A stretch of 22,948 nt of DNA. Origin: Candidatus Hydrogenedentota bacterium (GTDB lineage: Bacteria > Hydrogenedentota > Hydrogenedentia > Hydrogenedentales > SLHB01). The position numbers and the translations under genes were made by a program. Location of the stretch: assembly GCA_034408725.1 (NCBI GenBank), contig JAWXCN010000217.1:1-22948 (forward strand), written 5' to 3'. A model generated the notes under the pieces. It searched no databases, was not told where the DNA came from, and saw only the letters and a program-made list of their open reading frames with translations. Of the stretch, positions 7,728 to 18,321 are shown piece after piece. Numbering within the stretch: the stretch's first letter is position 1; every line of letters starts with the position of its first letter.

Positions 7728-9119
7728 ATGAATCCTTCGGTGGCACACCTCGTTGACTCTGAATCTCGGCGCATGCCCTGGGTCATGTTTGTCTTGCTGA
7801 CGGTGGCTTTTTTTATTGCGTTGCACGATCCTGTGCGTTCCTATTCGATTGGCGATGATTACCTGCCTTCCGAAGACACGCTGCAACACGATGCTTCCGA
7901 AGGAAACGCGAAGCGCCAGGTCGGTTTTCTCATGGTAGGCGCGTTCGGATTGATGATGTTGGCGATGCCCGGGCGGCGTCCCATTCAGACGAATGGTTTG
8001 CTCGCCGGACTGATTGTGTTCTTTTGCGCATGGCTTGTGCTGAGTATTACATGGTCGGATGATCGCAGTCTTACGGCGCGCCGGCTCGTCGTTATCGCCA
8101 CACTCACTTCCGGGGCACTTGGCGTAGCGGCGCGCATGTCTCCCCGCGAAATCATGCATCTCGTGTTGTTCAGCTCGATGGCTTATCTTCTTGCCGGCAT
8201 CGCCTCTGAGATCGCGCTCGGCTCATTCACACCGACGACCGAGCGTTACCGCTTCGCCGGCACGATTCATCCGAATAACCAGGGCGTCAACTGTTCGCTG
8301 ATTGTGTTGTCATCGATTGCCGCGTTCCAGACCGAAAAACGCTGGCGCGGGTTGTATGTTGCTTGCGCGGCATTCGCAATGGTTTTCCTGATGCTGACGA
8401 AATCGCGCACTTCATTGCTCAGCTTTCTTGTAACGCTCGCGCTATACCTGATCGTGGTGTATGCCGGCTCTCCCCGGTTCATGTTTGCCTGCTGCGTTGC
8501 CGCGACCGCCGGGTTTACGGTGTTGCTCGTCGCCAACGGCTCGGTTTTGCCGGCATTACAGCAGGGCATTCTTCTCGGCAGAAGCGATCAGGACCTTGAT
8601 GGCGCGATGGCGCTCACGGGCCGGTTGCCGCTGTGGGAACAACTGATCGAGTATGCGTCCGTCCGCCCGATCCAGGGCTACGGTTATGGAAGCTTCTTTA
8701 CGGTCGAACACATCCGCGAAATTACCGCGCGCCAGGGCTGGCCAATTGCGGAATGCCACAACGTGTTTCTTGAAGTGCTCATGGGCCTTGGCCTTGTCGG
8801 TATGTGTACCTACGCCGTCATTCAGGTCGTGGGATACGCGAAATCTATTTCGTATTTCCGCGGCACGGGGGATCCGCGCTATGCGTTTCTGGGAAGTCTG
8901 CTGATGTTGGGAGTGGTGGGTGGTTTGACAGAATCGACACTTCTGGTTCCCACCATGCAGACGTTCGTGCAGTTTCTCACACTATCGGTATTCGGATTGC
9001 AGGCGCTCCCGGACGCGATGCGCGGGAAAGTCCGCGGAATCGACACCGGTAAATTCAGTGCGCCACGCATGCACACAACCGGCGGACGCATTGTCCCATT
9101 TCCGGTGGAGCATACATGA
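7728..9119 (+). CDS. O-antigen ligase family / Wzy-like polysaccharide polymerase
   Basis: Multi-TM protein with LSITWS, GTIHPNNQG, LTKSRTS, LTGRLPLW, RPIQGYGYGSF and HNVFLEVL..LGLVG (Wzy_C motifs). Confidence 0.88.
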   Translation: MNPSVAHLVDSESRRMPWVMFVLLTVAFFIALHDPVRSYSIGDDYLPSEDTLQHDASEGNAKRQVGFLMVGAFGLMMLAMPGRRPIQTNGLLAGLIVFFCAWLVLSITWSDDRSLTARRLVVIATLTSGALGVAARMSPREIMHLVLFSSMAYLLAGIASEIALGSFTPTTERYRFAGTIHPNNQGVNCSLIVLSSIAAFQTEKRWRGLYVACAAFAMVFLMLTKSRTSLLSFLVTLALYLIVVYAGSPRFMFACCVAATAGFTVLLVANGSVLPALQQGILLGRSDQDLDGAMALTGRLPLWEQLIEYASVRPIQGYGYGSFFTVEHIREITARQGWPIAECHNVFLEVLMGLGLVGMCTYAVIQVVGYAKSISYFRGTGDPRYAFLGSLLMLGVVGGLTESTLLVPTMQTFVQFLTLSVFGLQALPDAMRGKVRGIDTGKFSAPRMHTTGGRIVPFPVEHT

Positions 9120-10318
9120 ACACTGCGGCAAGCTATAGCGTATTGGAGGCGGCCTCCGTAACGTCGCGGACGGCCGCGCCTCGATTGATCCTCGCAAGCG
9201 GGTTCCAGCCAGATTACGTGCGCGAGATCGCCAACGCGCACGCCCGCCTTGGTTCTACTGTTCATGTCGTGGGCGGAGACATGCATGAGCAACAGACTTA
9301 CCACCCCAACGTTTCTTTATTGAACCTGCGCGGGCGCGACGAGCGAGAAAACAGTACCTTGCGCGAAATCGCGAAGCTTGCGGGGTACTTATCGCGACTT
9401 GTTCGTACTGTTTGCACGTCTGATGCACCCATTGTGTACGACGTGAGTATCGGACGGCCACTGTTGCGGTGCTTGTTGATGTATCCACTTTTCCGCCTGG
9501 CCGGCAAGCGGATTGTGTACACCGCGCACAACGTGTTGCCGCATGACGCGGACACTTTTGCTAACCGGATGGTGTACTGGTTTATCTACCGCCTGCTGGC
9601 AGACTCTATTGTCGTTCATGGGCAATCGTTGAAAGAGCGATTAATAACGGAATTTAATGTTCAGCCCGAGCGTGTCCATACCGTGGCGCACGGAACCTAT
9701 CATCCCCGCGACACCGAGGCGATCACCAAGGCAACCGCGCGCAAGCAACTAGGCATCGCGCCAAGAGAGCGCGTGTTGCTCTGTTTCGGACTTCAACGCC
9801 ATTACAAGGGGACTCATTTTGTCCTCGAAGCATTGAACGACTACTGCGCAGCGGACCTGGTTTTGGTTGTGCGTGGACATGCGCCGGACGAGGCGTACAA
9901 GGAGTTTCTTACGGCACAAGTGCGACGCCACTGCGGTGGCCTGCGCATCAATGCCCGGCTAAAAGCTGTCTCAGACGCGGAGATGGAAGTGGTTTTCAAG
10001 GCCGCGGACATTGTGTTGCTGCCCTATCTTGAAGGCAGCCAGAGCGGCATCAAATTCATGGCATACGCCTATGGACGCCCGGTACTCGCCAGCGAAACCG
10101 GCAGTCTGCGCGAGTACATCCAACCCGGTATCTCTGGCGAGACATTCACCATGGCAGACCCCGTGGCGTTTCGGACTGCTCTCGAGCGCATGCTCGCGCA
10201 CCTTGCGGACTACAGCGACGAAAAAATACTTGCGTATGCGCGTGAACACTGTTCGTTCGACGCGGCGGCGACACAGGTCGCCGCGCTTTGTGGCCGGCTG
10301 TCTAAAGAAGGAGGGTGA
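9116..10318 (+). CDS. Glycosyltransferase family 4
   Basis: VYTAHNVLPH, FGLQRHYKG, AADIVLLPYLEGSQSG, AYAYGRPVLAS. ATGA overlap with the polymerase. Confidence 0.88.
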   Translation: MNTAASYSVLEAASVTSRTAAPRLILASGFQPDYVREIANAHARLGSTVHVVGGDMHEQQTYHPNVSLLNLRGRDERENSTLREIAKLAGYLSRLVRTVCTSDAPIVYDVSIGRPLLRCLLMYPLFRLAGKRIVYTAHNVLPHDADTFANRMVYWFIYRLLADSIVVHGQSLKERLITEFNVQPERVHTVAHGTYHPRDTEAITKATARKQLGIAPRERVLLCFGLQRHYKGTHFVLEALNDYCAADLVLVVRGHAPDEAYKEFLTAQVRRHCGGLRINARLKAVSDAEMEVVFKAADIVLLPYLEGSQSGIKFMAYAYGRPVLASETGSLREYIQPGISGETFTMADPVAFRTALERMLAHLADYSDEKILAYAREHCSFDAAATQVAALCGRLSKEGG

Positions 10319-10319
10319 T

Positions 10320-11516
10320 ATGAAAGCCCTGCACATTCACAACCATTATCGCTACCGTGGCGGCGAAGATGTCATGTTCGAGCGTATTGGCAACCTTCTA
10401 CGGGCAAACGGGCATAAGGTCGTAACATTCGAGCGGCGCAGCAGTGATATCGCCGGTATTTCCGGGAAAATGCAGGCGCTTGCGTCCAGCGTGTATTCGT
10501 TGCGCGCAAAAGCCAGTGTGAAGGAATTGCTTGCCGCCGAAGAGCTTGACGTCGTTCACGTACATAATCTTTATCCGCTCATTTCCCCGTCCGTGTTGGA
10601 AGCGTGTGCCGAACGCGGGGTCCCCGTTGTCATGCGCTGCCCCAACTACCGCCTTGAATGTCCGACGGGTGTACTCATGCGCAAGGGACGCGTGTGTACT
10701 GAATGCAGCGGCGGCCGGGAGTACCGTTGCGCAGTGAACAACTGCCGCGGCAATGTGCTGGAGAGCGTTGCGTTCGCCGCTCGCAATACGTTGACCCGCA
10801 CGCTGGGTCTGTTCAAAAAGCACGTGAGTGTGTTTGCACCTCCGAGCCATTTTGTGAAATCTCGCCTTGTCGCTGCGGGCTTTCCGGAGGACCGGATTAC
10901 CGTTGTGCCGAACATGGTTCCAATCCCGCGGACGTTCGGGAATGCGGCGCAGGGCGAATACATTGCGTTGGCCGGACGATTCAGCGAAGAGAAGGGTATC
11001 GAAACGCTGATAGAAGCGGCGAAGCGTTTGCCGAAGGTTCCAATACGCATTGCAGGAGAAGGCCCGCTTGGGGAGCGCCTGCGCGCAGGAGCACCCTCCA
11101 ATGTTACTTTCGTTGGCCAACTTTCGCGCGAGGACCTCGGTGAGTTCTATTCCCATGCGCGTGCCTGCGTCGTCCCCAGCCGCTGGTATGAAGCATTTGG
11201 CCTCGTCGCGGCAGAGGCCATGAGCTACGCGGTCCCCGTCATCGCAACCAACATGGCGGGTCTGGCGGAAATCGTGGATCACGGCGAAACCGGTTTTCAT
11301 TTTACCGCTGACAATGCAGCCGAACTTGCCGGACACATTGACACCCTTTGGAATCAGCCTGCGCTGGCGCGGGCGATGGGAATGGCCGGCCGCAAAAAGG
11401 TGGAACGCGAGTACAGCGAACAATCGTATTACCTGCGCCTAATGGGTGTTTATGAAACTGCGTTGGGCACAAAGGCCGCGGTGGCGCCGTCCGCCGAACT
11501 GGCCAAAAGCGCGTAA
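10320..11516 (+). CDS. Glycosyltransferase family 4 with Cys-rich insert
   Basis: Start [17 protein letters not shown] (SD AAGGAGG), [37 protein letters not shown] (E-x7-E). The track's extension to 10011 overlaps the previous gene. Confidence 0.92.
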   Translation: MKALHIHNHYRYRGGEDVMFERIGNLLRANGHKVVTFERRSSDIAGISGKMQALASSVYSLRAKASVKELLAAEELDVVHVHNLYPLISPSVLEACAERGVPVVMRCPNYRLECPTGVLMRKGRVCTECSGGREYRCAVNNCRGNVLESVAFAARNTLTRTLGLFKKHVSVFAPPSHFVKSRLVAAGFPEDRITVVPNMVPIPRTFGNAAQGEYIALAGRFSEEKGIETLIEAAKRLPKVPIRIAGEGPLGERLRAGAPSNVTFVGQLSREDLGEFYSHARACVVPSRWYEAFGLVAAEAMSYAVPVIATNMAGLAEIVDHGETGFHFTADNAAELAGHIDTLWNQPALARAMGMAGRKKVEREYSEQSYYLRLMGVYETALGTKAAVAPSAELAKSA

Positions 11517-11545
11517 TGGCCAATGCGAAACAAGGAGTGCGCAAG

Positions 11546-12619
11546 ATGAAAGTGGCAATTATCACGGGGTCCGGAGGCCTTATCGGGGCGGAAGCGGCCC
11601 GCTTTTTCAGCAAGCGCGGATTCTATATTGTCGGCATTGACAACAACATGCGCGCAGAATTTTTCGGCGAGGAAGCGTCCACTGCCTGGTCCGTTGACCA
11701 GCTTAAATCAACTTTGTTGAATTACAGACACTACTGCGCCGATATTCGCGACATCGCGGCAATTCGGCTCATCTTCGAAGAGTACGGCTCGGACATTGCT
11801 CTCGTCGTACACACTGCCGCACAGCCGTCGCACGATTGGGCAGCGCGCGCACCGCTCGTTGATTTTGGCGTCAATGCTTGCGGCACTATCAATCTGCTTG
11901 AATGCACGCGCCAATGCGCGCCGGACGCGGTCTTTATTTTCACTTCGACAAACAAGGTGTACGGCGACCGGCCGAACACTTTGCCACTGCGCGAACTGGA
12001 CGAGCGCTGGGAAATTGCGCTGGGCCACGAATACGAGGATGGCATTCGCGAGTGCATGTCCATAGACAACAGCACGCACTCCGTTTTCGGCGCATCGAAA
12101 GTCGCCGCTGACATCATGGTCCAGGAGTATGGCCGGTATTTCAATATGAAGACGGGGGTGTTCCGTGGCGGATGCCTCACGGGTCCGGGCCATTCCGGCG
12201 CGGAACTGCATGGATTTCTTGCATACCTCATGAAATGTTGCGTCGCGGGCCGGACGTACAAGATTTACGGCTACAAGGGCAAACAGGTCCGGGACAACAT
12301 TCACAGCTACGATCTCATTCAAGCGTTCTACGAGTTCTATAAACGCCCGCGACGAGGCGAGGTCTACAACATCGGCGGTGGCCGCTACAGCAACTGCTCG
12401 ATGCGGGAAGCCATCGCCCGCTGCGAATCCATTTGTGGTAAGAAAATGGACACGGTTTATTTGGATGATAACCGGGTTGGGGACCATATTTGGTGGGTAT
12501 CCGGTCTGCAGAAATTCGAATCGCATTTCCCCGATTGGCGTATCACTTACGATGTCCCGCAGATCCTTAAAGAAGTCTATGCTGCCAATATCGAACAGCG
12601 CGAAGCGATTCCCGCATGA
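11546..12619 (+). CDS. NAD-dependent epimerase/dehydratase (extended SDR), CDP-paratose 2-epimerase-like
   Basis: [51 protein letters not shown] 8 nt before ATG 11546 (alternative start 11516). YxxxK appears as FGASK. Confidence 0.88.
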   Translation: MKVAIITGSGGLIGAEAARFFSKRGFYIVGIDNNMRAEFFGEEASTAWSVDQLKSTLLNYRHYCADIRDIAAIRLIFEEYGSDIALVVHTAAQPSHDWAARAPLVDFGVNACGTINLLECTRQCAPDAVFIFTSTNKVYGDRPNTLPLRELDERWEIALGHEYEDGIRECMSIDNSTHSVFGASKVAADIMVQEYGRYFNMKTGVFRGGCLTGPGHSGAELHGFLAYLMKCCVAGRTYKIYGYKGKQVRDNIHSYDLIQAFYEFYKRPRRGEVYNIGGGRYSNCSMREAIARCESICGKKMDTVYLDDNRVGDHIWWVSGLQKFESHFPDWRITYDVPQILKEVYAANIEQREAIPA

Positions 12620-13908
12620 TTCCAGCACGCAAAAAGCGAGCTCTTCGTATTCTGTTGGTCTCGAATCACCGGCGCTTCAAAATTAATTTCCGCGCACACC
12701 CGTGGGCCAGTGAACTTGCGGCGCGGGGACACGATGTGGACGTCATGTGCCACGCGAACACGGAGCGGTGGCGCACGAAGATTGAAAAGGTTGAGAACTT
12801 TCGAATCATCGAAAGCCCCGATCTGCTTATCGGTGCGCTTCGGCAAGGCTGGGACCCGGTGTGCGCCTACCGGCGGCTGCGTTTCCTTCGCCAGGAAAAC
12901 AAACAGTACGACCTCATTCACTGTCTTGACACCAGGCTTGCAGTTGTTTGGCCCGCGCTCGCATATGCGCGCGAAAAGAAGATTCCCATTGTCAGCGACT
13001 GGATCGATTGGTGGGGGCACGGGGGGCTTATCAAGGAACGGCGTCCGCTCTGGTATCAATGGCTGTTTGCGGGAGTCGAAGTTTTTTTTGAGGAATACTA
13101 TCGGAACAAGCTCGACGGACTCACCACCATCAGCCATGCCCTCGCCGAGCGTGGCGCAGGGCTGGGCGTGCCCCGTGAACGTTGCGTGGTCGTCCCCGGC
13201 GGCGCAAACCTCCGCAATTTTGCGCGCGTGCCGAATCAAGCACAAAGCCGTCGCATGCTCGGGATCGCCGAGGATGCGCCCGTGGTGTGCTTTTCAGGGC
13301 TTGACGTTTTGATTGATCTTCCAATGGCGGTCAAAGCGTTCGAGATTTTGCGCGAGACTGACAAACGCATAGTCTTGCTCTTGGTCGGGCCAACGGAGCG
13401 CGACGCACGCAACATGGTCTCCAATCGCGACTCGCTTAAGGGCATCAAAGCCGTTGGGCCGGTTGCGTACAAGGAACTGCCAAGCTATTTGTCCGCCGCC
13501 GACGTATTTCTCATGCCCTACACCCAGAAAGTCAGCAATGTTGGCCGTTGGCCCAACAAGATTGGCGACTACATGTGCATTGGCCGGCCGACGATCTCGA
13601 ATCCAGTGGGAGAAGTGAAACGGCTTTTCGAGCGGTTTCCCATCGGCGGGCTCTGCGAAGAAACACCCGAGGGAATGGCCGCGGCGGCGCGGGACTATCT
13701 TGATGATGGGGCGCGCGCAGTGCGAACGGGGATGTACGCGCGAGAGGTGGCTGAAAAAGTCTTCTCATGGGAAAAACTTATTGTCGGACTTGAGAATTGG
13801 TACTACGCGCTCGTCGAAGGGCGCTTGGGTGCGGCGCGACAGCCGAAACCCGCGTCACCAGCATTACTGGTTCATCACCCCATAAACACCGCCGGCGCGC
13901 GGCGATAA
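12616..13908 (+). CDS. Glycosyltransferase family 4 (divergent)
   Basis: [57 protein letters not shown] overlap with the SDR gene. Confidence 0.85.
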   Translation: MIPARKKRALRILLVSNHRRFKINFRAHPWASELAARGHDVDVMCHANTERWRTKIEKVENFRIIESPDLLIGALRQGWDPVCAYRRLRFLRQENKQYDLIHCLDTRLAVVWPALAYAREKKIPIVSDWIDWWGHGGLIKERRPLWYQWLFAGVEVFFEEYYRNKLDGLTTISHALAERGAGLGVPRERCVVVPGGANLRNFARVPNQAQSRRMLGIAEDAPVVCFSGLDVLIDLPMAVKAFEILRETDKRIVLLLVGPTERDARNMVSNRDSLKGIKAVGPVAYKELPSYLSAADVFLMPYTQKVSNVGRWPNKIGDYMCIGRPTISNPVGEVKRLFERFPIGGLCEETPEGMAAAARDYLDDGARAVRTGMYAREVAEKVFSWEKLIVGLENWYYALVEGRLGAARQPKPASPALLVHHPINTAGARR

Positions 13909-13923
13909 GAAAGGATTGCGTTC

Positions 13924-15297
13924 ATGAAGATTGCCGTCATCGGGAGCGGATACGTTGGGCTCGTCACCGGAACGTGTTTCAGCGAAGTGGGGCACGAAGT
14001 CACCTGCGTTGACATTGATGCCGCGAAGATTGAAGCGCTTCGGTTTGGACGGATACCGATTTACGAACCCGGGCTCGACGAAATGGTTGCGCTCAACGTT
14101 GAGCAAGGGCGTCTGTCATTCACGACGGATCTGAAAGCGGCCATCGAACGCGCGCTCTTTATTTTCATTGCGGTAGGCACGCCGCCACTGGAGGATGGCA
14201 CTGCCGACCTCAAACATGTTCTCGCCGCCGCTGGTTCCATCGGCGAGTACATCAACGGGTACAAAATTGTGGTCAACAAATCGACCGTACCGGTTGGCAC
14301 CGCGGACAAGGTACGCAACACCATTGAAGCAAAGTTGCGCGAGCGGACCATGCGGCTGGACTTTGATGTTGTCTCGAATCCTGAGTTCCTTCGCGAAGGT
14401 TGCGCGATCGATGACTTTATGAATCCAGACCGCATTGTGATCGGGTGTGGCGATTGCCGCACCGAAGTCTTGATGAAGGAGCTGTATGCAAGCTTTATCC
14501 GCGACGGCCACCCGGTATTGACCATGGACCCGATGTCAGCGGAAATGACCAAGTACGCCGCGAACGCCATGCTGGCTATGAAGATTTCGTTTATCAACGA
14601 GATTGCAACGATATGCGAGCGCGTAGGAGCGAACGTCGAGGACGTGCGCAACGGCATCGGCGCGGACAGCCGCATCGGGTATCAATTTATTTTCCCCGGC
14701 ATCGGCTATGGCGGCTCCTGTTTCCCGAAAGACGTGCAGGCCCTCGTCAGCACGGCGCGCGGCGCGGGGTACGATCCGCAGATTCTGAGGGCAGTCGAAG
14801 AAGTTAATTCCAGCCAGAAAACCTCGCTCATGCGTAAGGTGATGGCGTATTACAACAATGATCTTTCGGGCAAACGCTTCGCGCTTTGGGGCCTGTCGTT
14901 CAAACCGGAAACGGACGATGTCCGCGAGGCGCCGTCGCTCGTGTTGATTGATTCCTTGTTGAAAGCCGGCGCCGAAGTTCAGGTGTACGATCCGAAAGCG
15001 GCGCGTGAAACACAACGGTACCTGGGTCCTCGCGCCGGTATCACATACGCAGAAGACAGTTATAGCGCACTTCAAAGCTGCGACGCGCTGCTATTGGTGA
15101 CCGAGTGGTCCTATTTCAAAAACCCAGATTTTGATCGAATGAAGGCGTTGTTAAACACGCCCGTAATATTCGATGGCCGCAACGTATTTTCGACCGAACT
15201 GATGAAGATGCTTGGCTACGACTATTTCTCAATTGGACGCCCGCCAGTTTTGTCGCACTCACAAGCGTGGGCATCACGGACGAAAGCGGCTGTATAG
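13924..15297 (+). CDS. ugd: UDP-glucose 6-dehydrogenase
   Basis: GSGYVG, FIAVGTP, NKSTVPVGT, SNPEFLREG, AEMTKYAAN, GYGGSCFPKD (catalytic Cys), FKPETDDVREAPS, IFDGRN. Confidence 0.96.
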   Translation: MKIAVIGSGYVGLVTGTCFSEVGHEVTCVDIDAAKIEALRFGRIPIYEPGLDEMVALNVEQGRLSFTTDLKAAIERALFIFIAVGTPPLEDGTADLKHVLAAAGSIGEYINGYKIVVNKSTVPVGTADKVRNTIEAKLRERTMRLDFDVVSNPEFLREGCAIDDFMNPDRIVIGCGDCRTEVLMKELYASFIRDGHPVLTMDPMSAEMTKYAANAMLAMKISFINEIATICERVGANVEDVRNGIGADSRIGYQFIFPGIGYGGSCFPKDVQALVSTARGAGYDPQILRAVEEVNSSQKTSLMRKVMAYYNNDLSGKRFALWGLSFKPETDDVREAPSLVLIDSLLKAGAEVQVYDPKAARETQRYLGPRAGITYAEDSYSALQSCDALLLVTEWSYFKNPDFDRMKALLNTPVIFDGRNVFSTELMKMLGYDYFSIGRPPVLSHSQAWASRTKAAV

Positions 15298-15321
15298 CGG
15301 GCATTGTAAGGCTACGCGAAC

Positions 15322-16308
15322 ATGAAAAACCGGCCAACCATAAGTGTTGTTTTGTGTACCTATAACCGGGCAGACATTCTGCAACGCGCGTTGGACTCCT
15401 TGTCGTTTCAACGATGCTGCGGCGACATGTCTTACGAAATTATAGTCGTAGACGATGGTTCGACGGACGCGACGGAAGATGTCGTGCGCGAAGCCCGCAG
15501 GTGTACCAGCCATCCAGTCGCGTACATCCGGGAAAATGGAATCGGGATTGCGGCAGCGCGCAATGCAGCGGTCCGGCATGCGCGAGGCGAATGGCTGGCC
15601 TTTACCGACGATGATCAAATAACTGAACCGGCATGGTTGACAAACCTGTTGCGTGCGCAGAAGCAAACCGGCGCGGATGTTGTTGGTGGAGCCCGCAGGT
15701 TAGAACTTCCCGATCATGTTCTCGATCAGATACCGACCCGCATACGCCTTATCCTTGGCGAGATCGCTCCTGACGGCGCGGTCCGCGAGTGTTCCCGGAA
15801 CGATCTCGTATGCACTGGCAACTTGTTGGTCCGCAAGGGCGTGGTTGATGAACTCGGCGGGTTCGATGCCGCCCTTACGCAGGGTGGTGAGGACACCGAT
15901 CTTCTCATGCGGCTACGGCGCGCAGGGTACGCCTGTTGGTTTACACCACACGCAATCGTGCGCCATATCATCCCTCAGTATCGCCTGGAGCCGGCATACC
16001 TGCTCTGGGCATCGCTCCGTGGTGGCGACTGTTATGCGCATCGCGACGTTCGTGAATGGGGATTGCCCTGGACGTGGCTGGTATGTGTTCTTCGTATTGC
16101 CCATACAGCGACGAACCATGTCCCCGCGTTAATAATTGCCTTGCTGCTAAGGCGTTCACATGAGGTGCTTTCACGCCGCTGCAGCCTGTGGCGTACGTGG
16201 GGATATGCGAACCGCGTACTGCGGATGAGCATACCGCGATTTCCGCAACGTGCCAGTTCGACCAGCCCCATCGACTTTCGCAACGAGCGAAAGCTCTTTA
16301 ACGGTTAG
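15322..16308 (+). CDS. Glycosyltransferase family 2
   Basis: SVVLCTYNRA, IIVVDDGSTD, AARNAA, AFTDDD, GGFD...GEDTDL. Confidence 0.93.
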   Translation: MKNRPTISVVLCTYNRADILQRALDSLSFQRCCGDMSYEIIVVDDGSTDATEDVVREARRCTSHPVAYIRENGIGIAAARNAAVRHARGEWLAFTDDDQITEPAWLTNLLRAQKQTGADVVGGARRLELPDHVLDQIPTRIRLILGEIAPDGAVRECSRNDLVCTGNLLVRKGVVDELGGFDAALTQGGEDTDLLMRLRRAGYACWFTPHAIVRHIIPQYRLEPAYLLWASLRGGDCYAHRDVREWGLPWTWLVCVLRIAHTATNHVPALIIALLLRRSHEVLSRRCSLWRTWGYANRVLRMSIPRFPQRASSTSPIDFRNERKLFNG

Positions 16309-16323
16309 GAGTACGGAATTCTC

Positions 16324-17520
16324 ATGCGCGTCGTTCAGATCATGAATTGGCACCGGTTCGGAGGCGGGTCCGATTTTATGGCGCGCGCCACGGCTGACGT
16401 TCTCCGTGCCAACGGTCACGATGTTTTCATGATGACCAGTGACAGTAGCGTATACGACCAATCCATCGTGGGTCGCGCCGCGGCCTCGGTGCGCGGGGTG
16501 TACTCTTTCGCGAGCCGCAAAGAGATGCGCGAAATTCTTAGGGATTTTATTCCTGACATCGTTCACGTCCATGAAGTCTATCCCGCGCACTCGCCCTGGG
16601 TTTTGCGCGACTGCAAGGAAGCCGGGGTGCCCGTGGTAATGACATGCCACGATTTCCGCTTGACCTGCCCTGTGGCGACGCATATCAGCAATGGACAACC
16701 CTGTGATCGATGCGTTCAGAACTCGACACTCTCCTGCTTTACCCAAAACTGCCGTGGTAACAGGGTGGAAAGCGCCGCCTTTGCTTTGCGCGGTGGCATA
16801 GCGAAATCCCTTCGGCTATTCGAAGGTAACATCGATTTGTTTTGCGCGCCGAGCCAGTTTGTCCAGGAGAAATTAATTGGTAGCGGATTTCCGCGCGACA
16901 AGTTTCGGGTAGTCCCAAATATGGTGCGCGCGACATCGCGCACCGTGGACGCCGGTTTGGGCCGCTATGCTGCTTTCGCGGGGCGCGTTGCACCTGAAAA
17001 GGGCATCGGCACGCTCATGGAGGCTGCATGGCGCACGGCCATGCCGCTGCACATCGCCGGCCACGCTACCGTATCAGGGTTGTCCGTCCCGCCGAACGTG
17101 CAGTGGTTGGGCCATCTCGAGGGAGTACAACTCGCGGAGTTTTATGGTGGCGCGCGTTTTCTGGTGGTACCGAGTCCGTGGTTCGAAGCCTTCGGATTGG
17201 TCGTGGCCGAGGCCATGATGATGGGTCTCCCCGTTATCGCCGCGAACGCGGGCGCACTACCCGAATTGGTCGAGCACGGCGTCACCGGCTATTTATTCCG
17301 GCCCGGCGACGCGCAGGACTTGGCGCGTCTAATGCTCACGCTCTGGCGGGACGCGGGTCTGTGCCGCAGTCTCGGGCTGGCAGGTCGCGCAAAAGCGTTG
17401 CGCACCTACACTGCAAGCCGGTACTACGCGAACCTCGTTGCGGCATACAAAGCTGCCGCGCAATGCGCGCACGCGCAAGCGCCACACGGCGCCAACACGC
17501 GCAAACCGCAGGTAGTATAA
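16324..17520 (+). CDS. Glycosyltransferase family 4 with Cys-rich insert (paralog of 10320-11516)
   Basis: PDIVHVHEVYP, GRVAPEKG, PSPWFEAFGLVVAEA, GLPVIA, ELVEHGVTGYLF. SD AGGAG. Confidence 0.92.
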   Translation: MRVVQIMNWHRFGGGSDFMARATADVLRANGHDVFMMTSDSSVYDQSIVGRAAASVRGVYSFASRKEMREILRDFIPDIVHVHEVYPAHSPWVLRDCKEAGVPVVMTCHDFRLTCPVATHISNGQPCDRCVQNSTLSCFTQNCRGNRVESAAFALRGGIAKSLRLFEGNIDLFCAPSQFVQEKLIGSGFPRDKFRVVPNMVRATSRTVDAGLGRYAAFAGRVAPEKGIGTLMEAAWRTAMPLHIAGHATVSGLSVPPNVQWLGHLEGVQLAEFYGGARFLVVPSPWFEAFGLVVAEAMMMGLPVIAANAGALPELVEHGVTGYLFRPGDAQDLARLMLTLWRDAGLCRSLGLAGRAKALRTYTASRYYANLVAAYKAAAQCAHAQAPHGANTRKPQVV

Positions 17521-18321
17521 GTGCGCGGCCCAGAACATACCCCTCCACACGACTTCAGCATGGGCGGCATCAAGTGTTCAACACACACCATTCTTCAACT
17601 GCTCGACGAAGTGCGTTCGTTGCTTGCCCAAAAATATGCGCAGCCGCGTTCGTTATTGTGTATGAACGCGCACATTTACAACATCGCATTTGCCGACCAT
17701 GCGCTGCGCGACGCGCTCAACAGCGCGCGGGTGGTTACCGCGGATGGCATGTCGATAGTATGGTTGGCGCGTCTGTGGAACGCGAGCATCCCCGAACGAT
17801 GCAATATGACAGAGGCGTTTCGCGCGTTTCTGAATTCTGGCGGTATTCGGCCGAACACCGCGGTGCTCGTTGGCCTTACCAAGGAGGAAGCGGAAACCGC
17901 GGCGCGCCGCATCAGCTCATCCTCCGCGCACTGCAAAATTGTCGCGGCGCACTCCGGCTTTCTCAGTGAACAGGAGTATGAAGGCCTTTTCAGCCGTATG
18001 GACAAGGTGGATTTCATTTTCGTCGGTATGAGCACGCCGCGCACGGAGCGGGTTTGCGAGATCGCCAGGAAACGATGTCCCGACGCCATTGTGTGGGGGA
18101 TTGGCGCTGGCACCATCCGCATTTACGCGGGCACGATGAAGGAGGCATCGGAATTTTGGCGGAGACACGGGCTTCAATGGCTTCATCGGCTTGTCAACGA
18201 GCCGTTCGCATTGTGGCGGCGCTATCTGATCGGTAATCCCTTGTTTCTTTATCGCGCGCTAAAAGTGAGCATGACCGCGCGACGCGGCAGCATGACCGCG
18301 CCACCCGCCTTCCGCGGTTAG
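17521..18321 (+). CDS. WecB/TagA/CpsF-family (GT26) glycosyltransferase, divergent
   Basis: MNAH, VVTADGMSIVW, IVAAHSGF, DFIFVGM, GIGAG, GLQWLHRLVNEPFALWRRYLIGNPLF. Start is GTG 17521 or ATG 17560. Confidence 0.85.
   Translation: MRGPEHTPPHDFSMGGIKCSTHTILQLLDEVRSLLAQKYAQPRSLLCMNAHIYNIAFADHALRDALNSARVVTADGMSIVWLARLWNASIPERCNMTEAFRAFLNSGGIRPNTAVLVGLTKEEAETAARRISSSSAHCKIVAAHSGFLSEQEYEGLFSRMDKVDFIFVGMSTPRTERVCEIARKRCPDAIVWGIGAGTIRIYAGTMKEASEFWRRHGLQWLHRLVNEPFALWRRYLIGNPLFLYRALKVSMTARRGSMTAPPAFRG

Noticed and set aside
10011-10319. N-terminal extension of the GT4 in the ORF track
   Set aside because: It overlaps the upstream GT4 by about 300 nt; the strong SD and family-typical start are at 10320.
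10398-17969. Long antisense or alternative-frame ORFs (e.g. 10398-11423, 11708-12628, 17028-17969)
   Set aside because: Shadow ORFs of well-supported genes in GC-rich DNA, with no motifs.
18268-18301. 13-nt direct repeat AGCATGACCGCGC x2
   Set aside because: Two copies inside the variable C-terminal tail of the GT26 gene; a local duplication, not an array.
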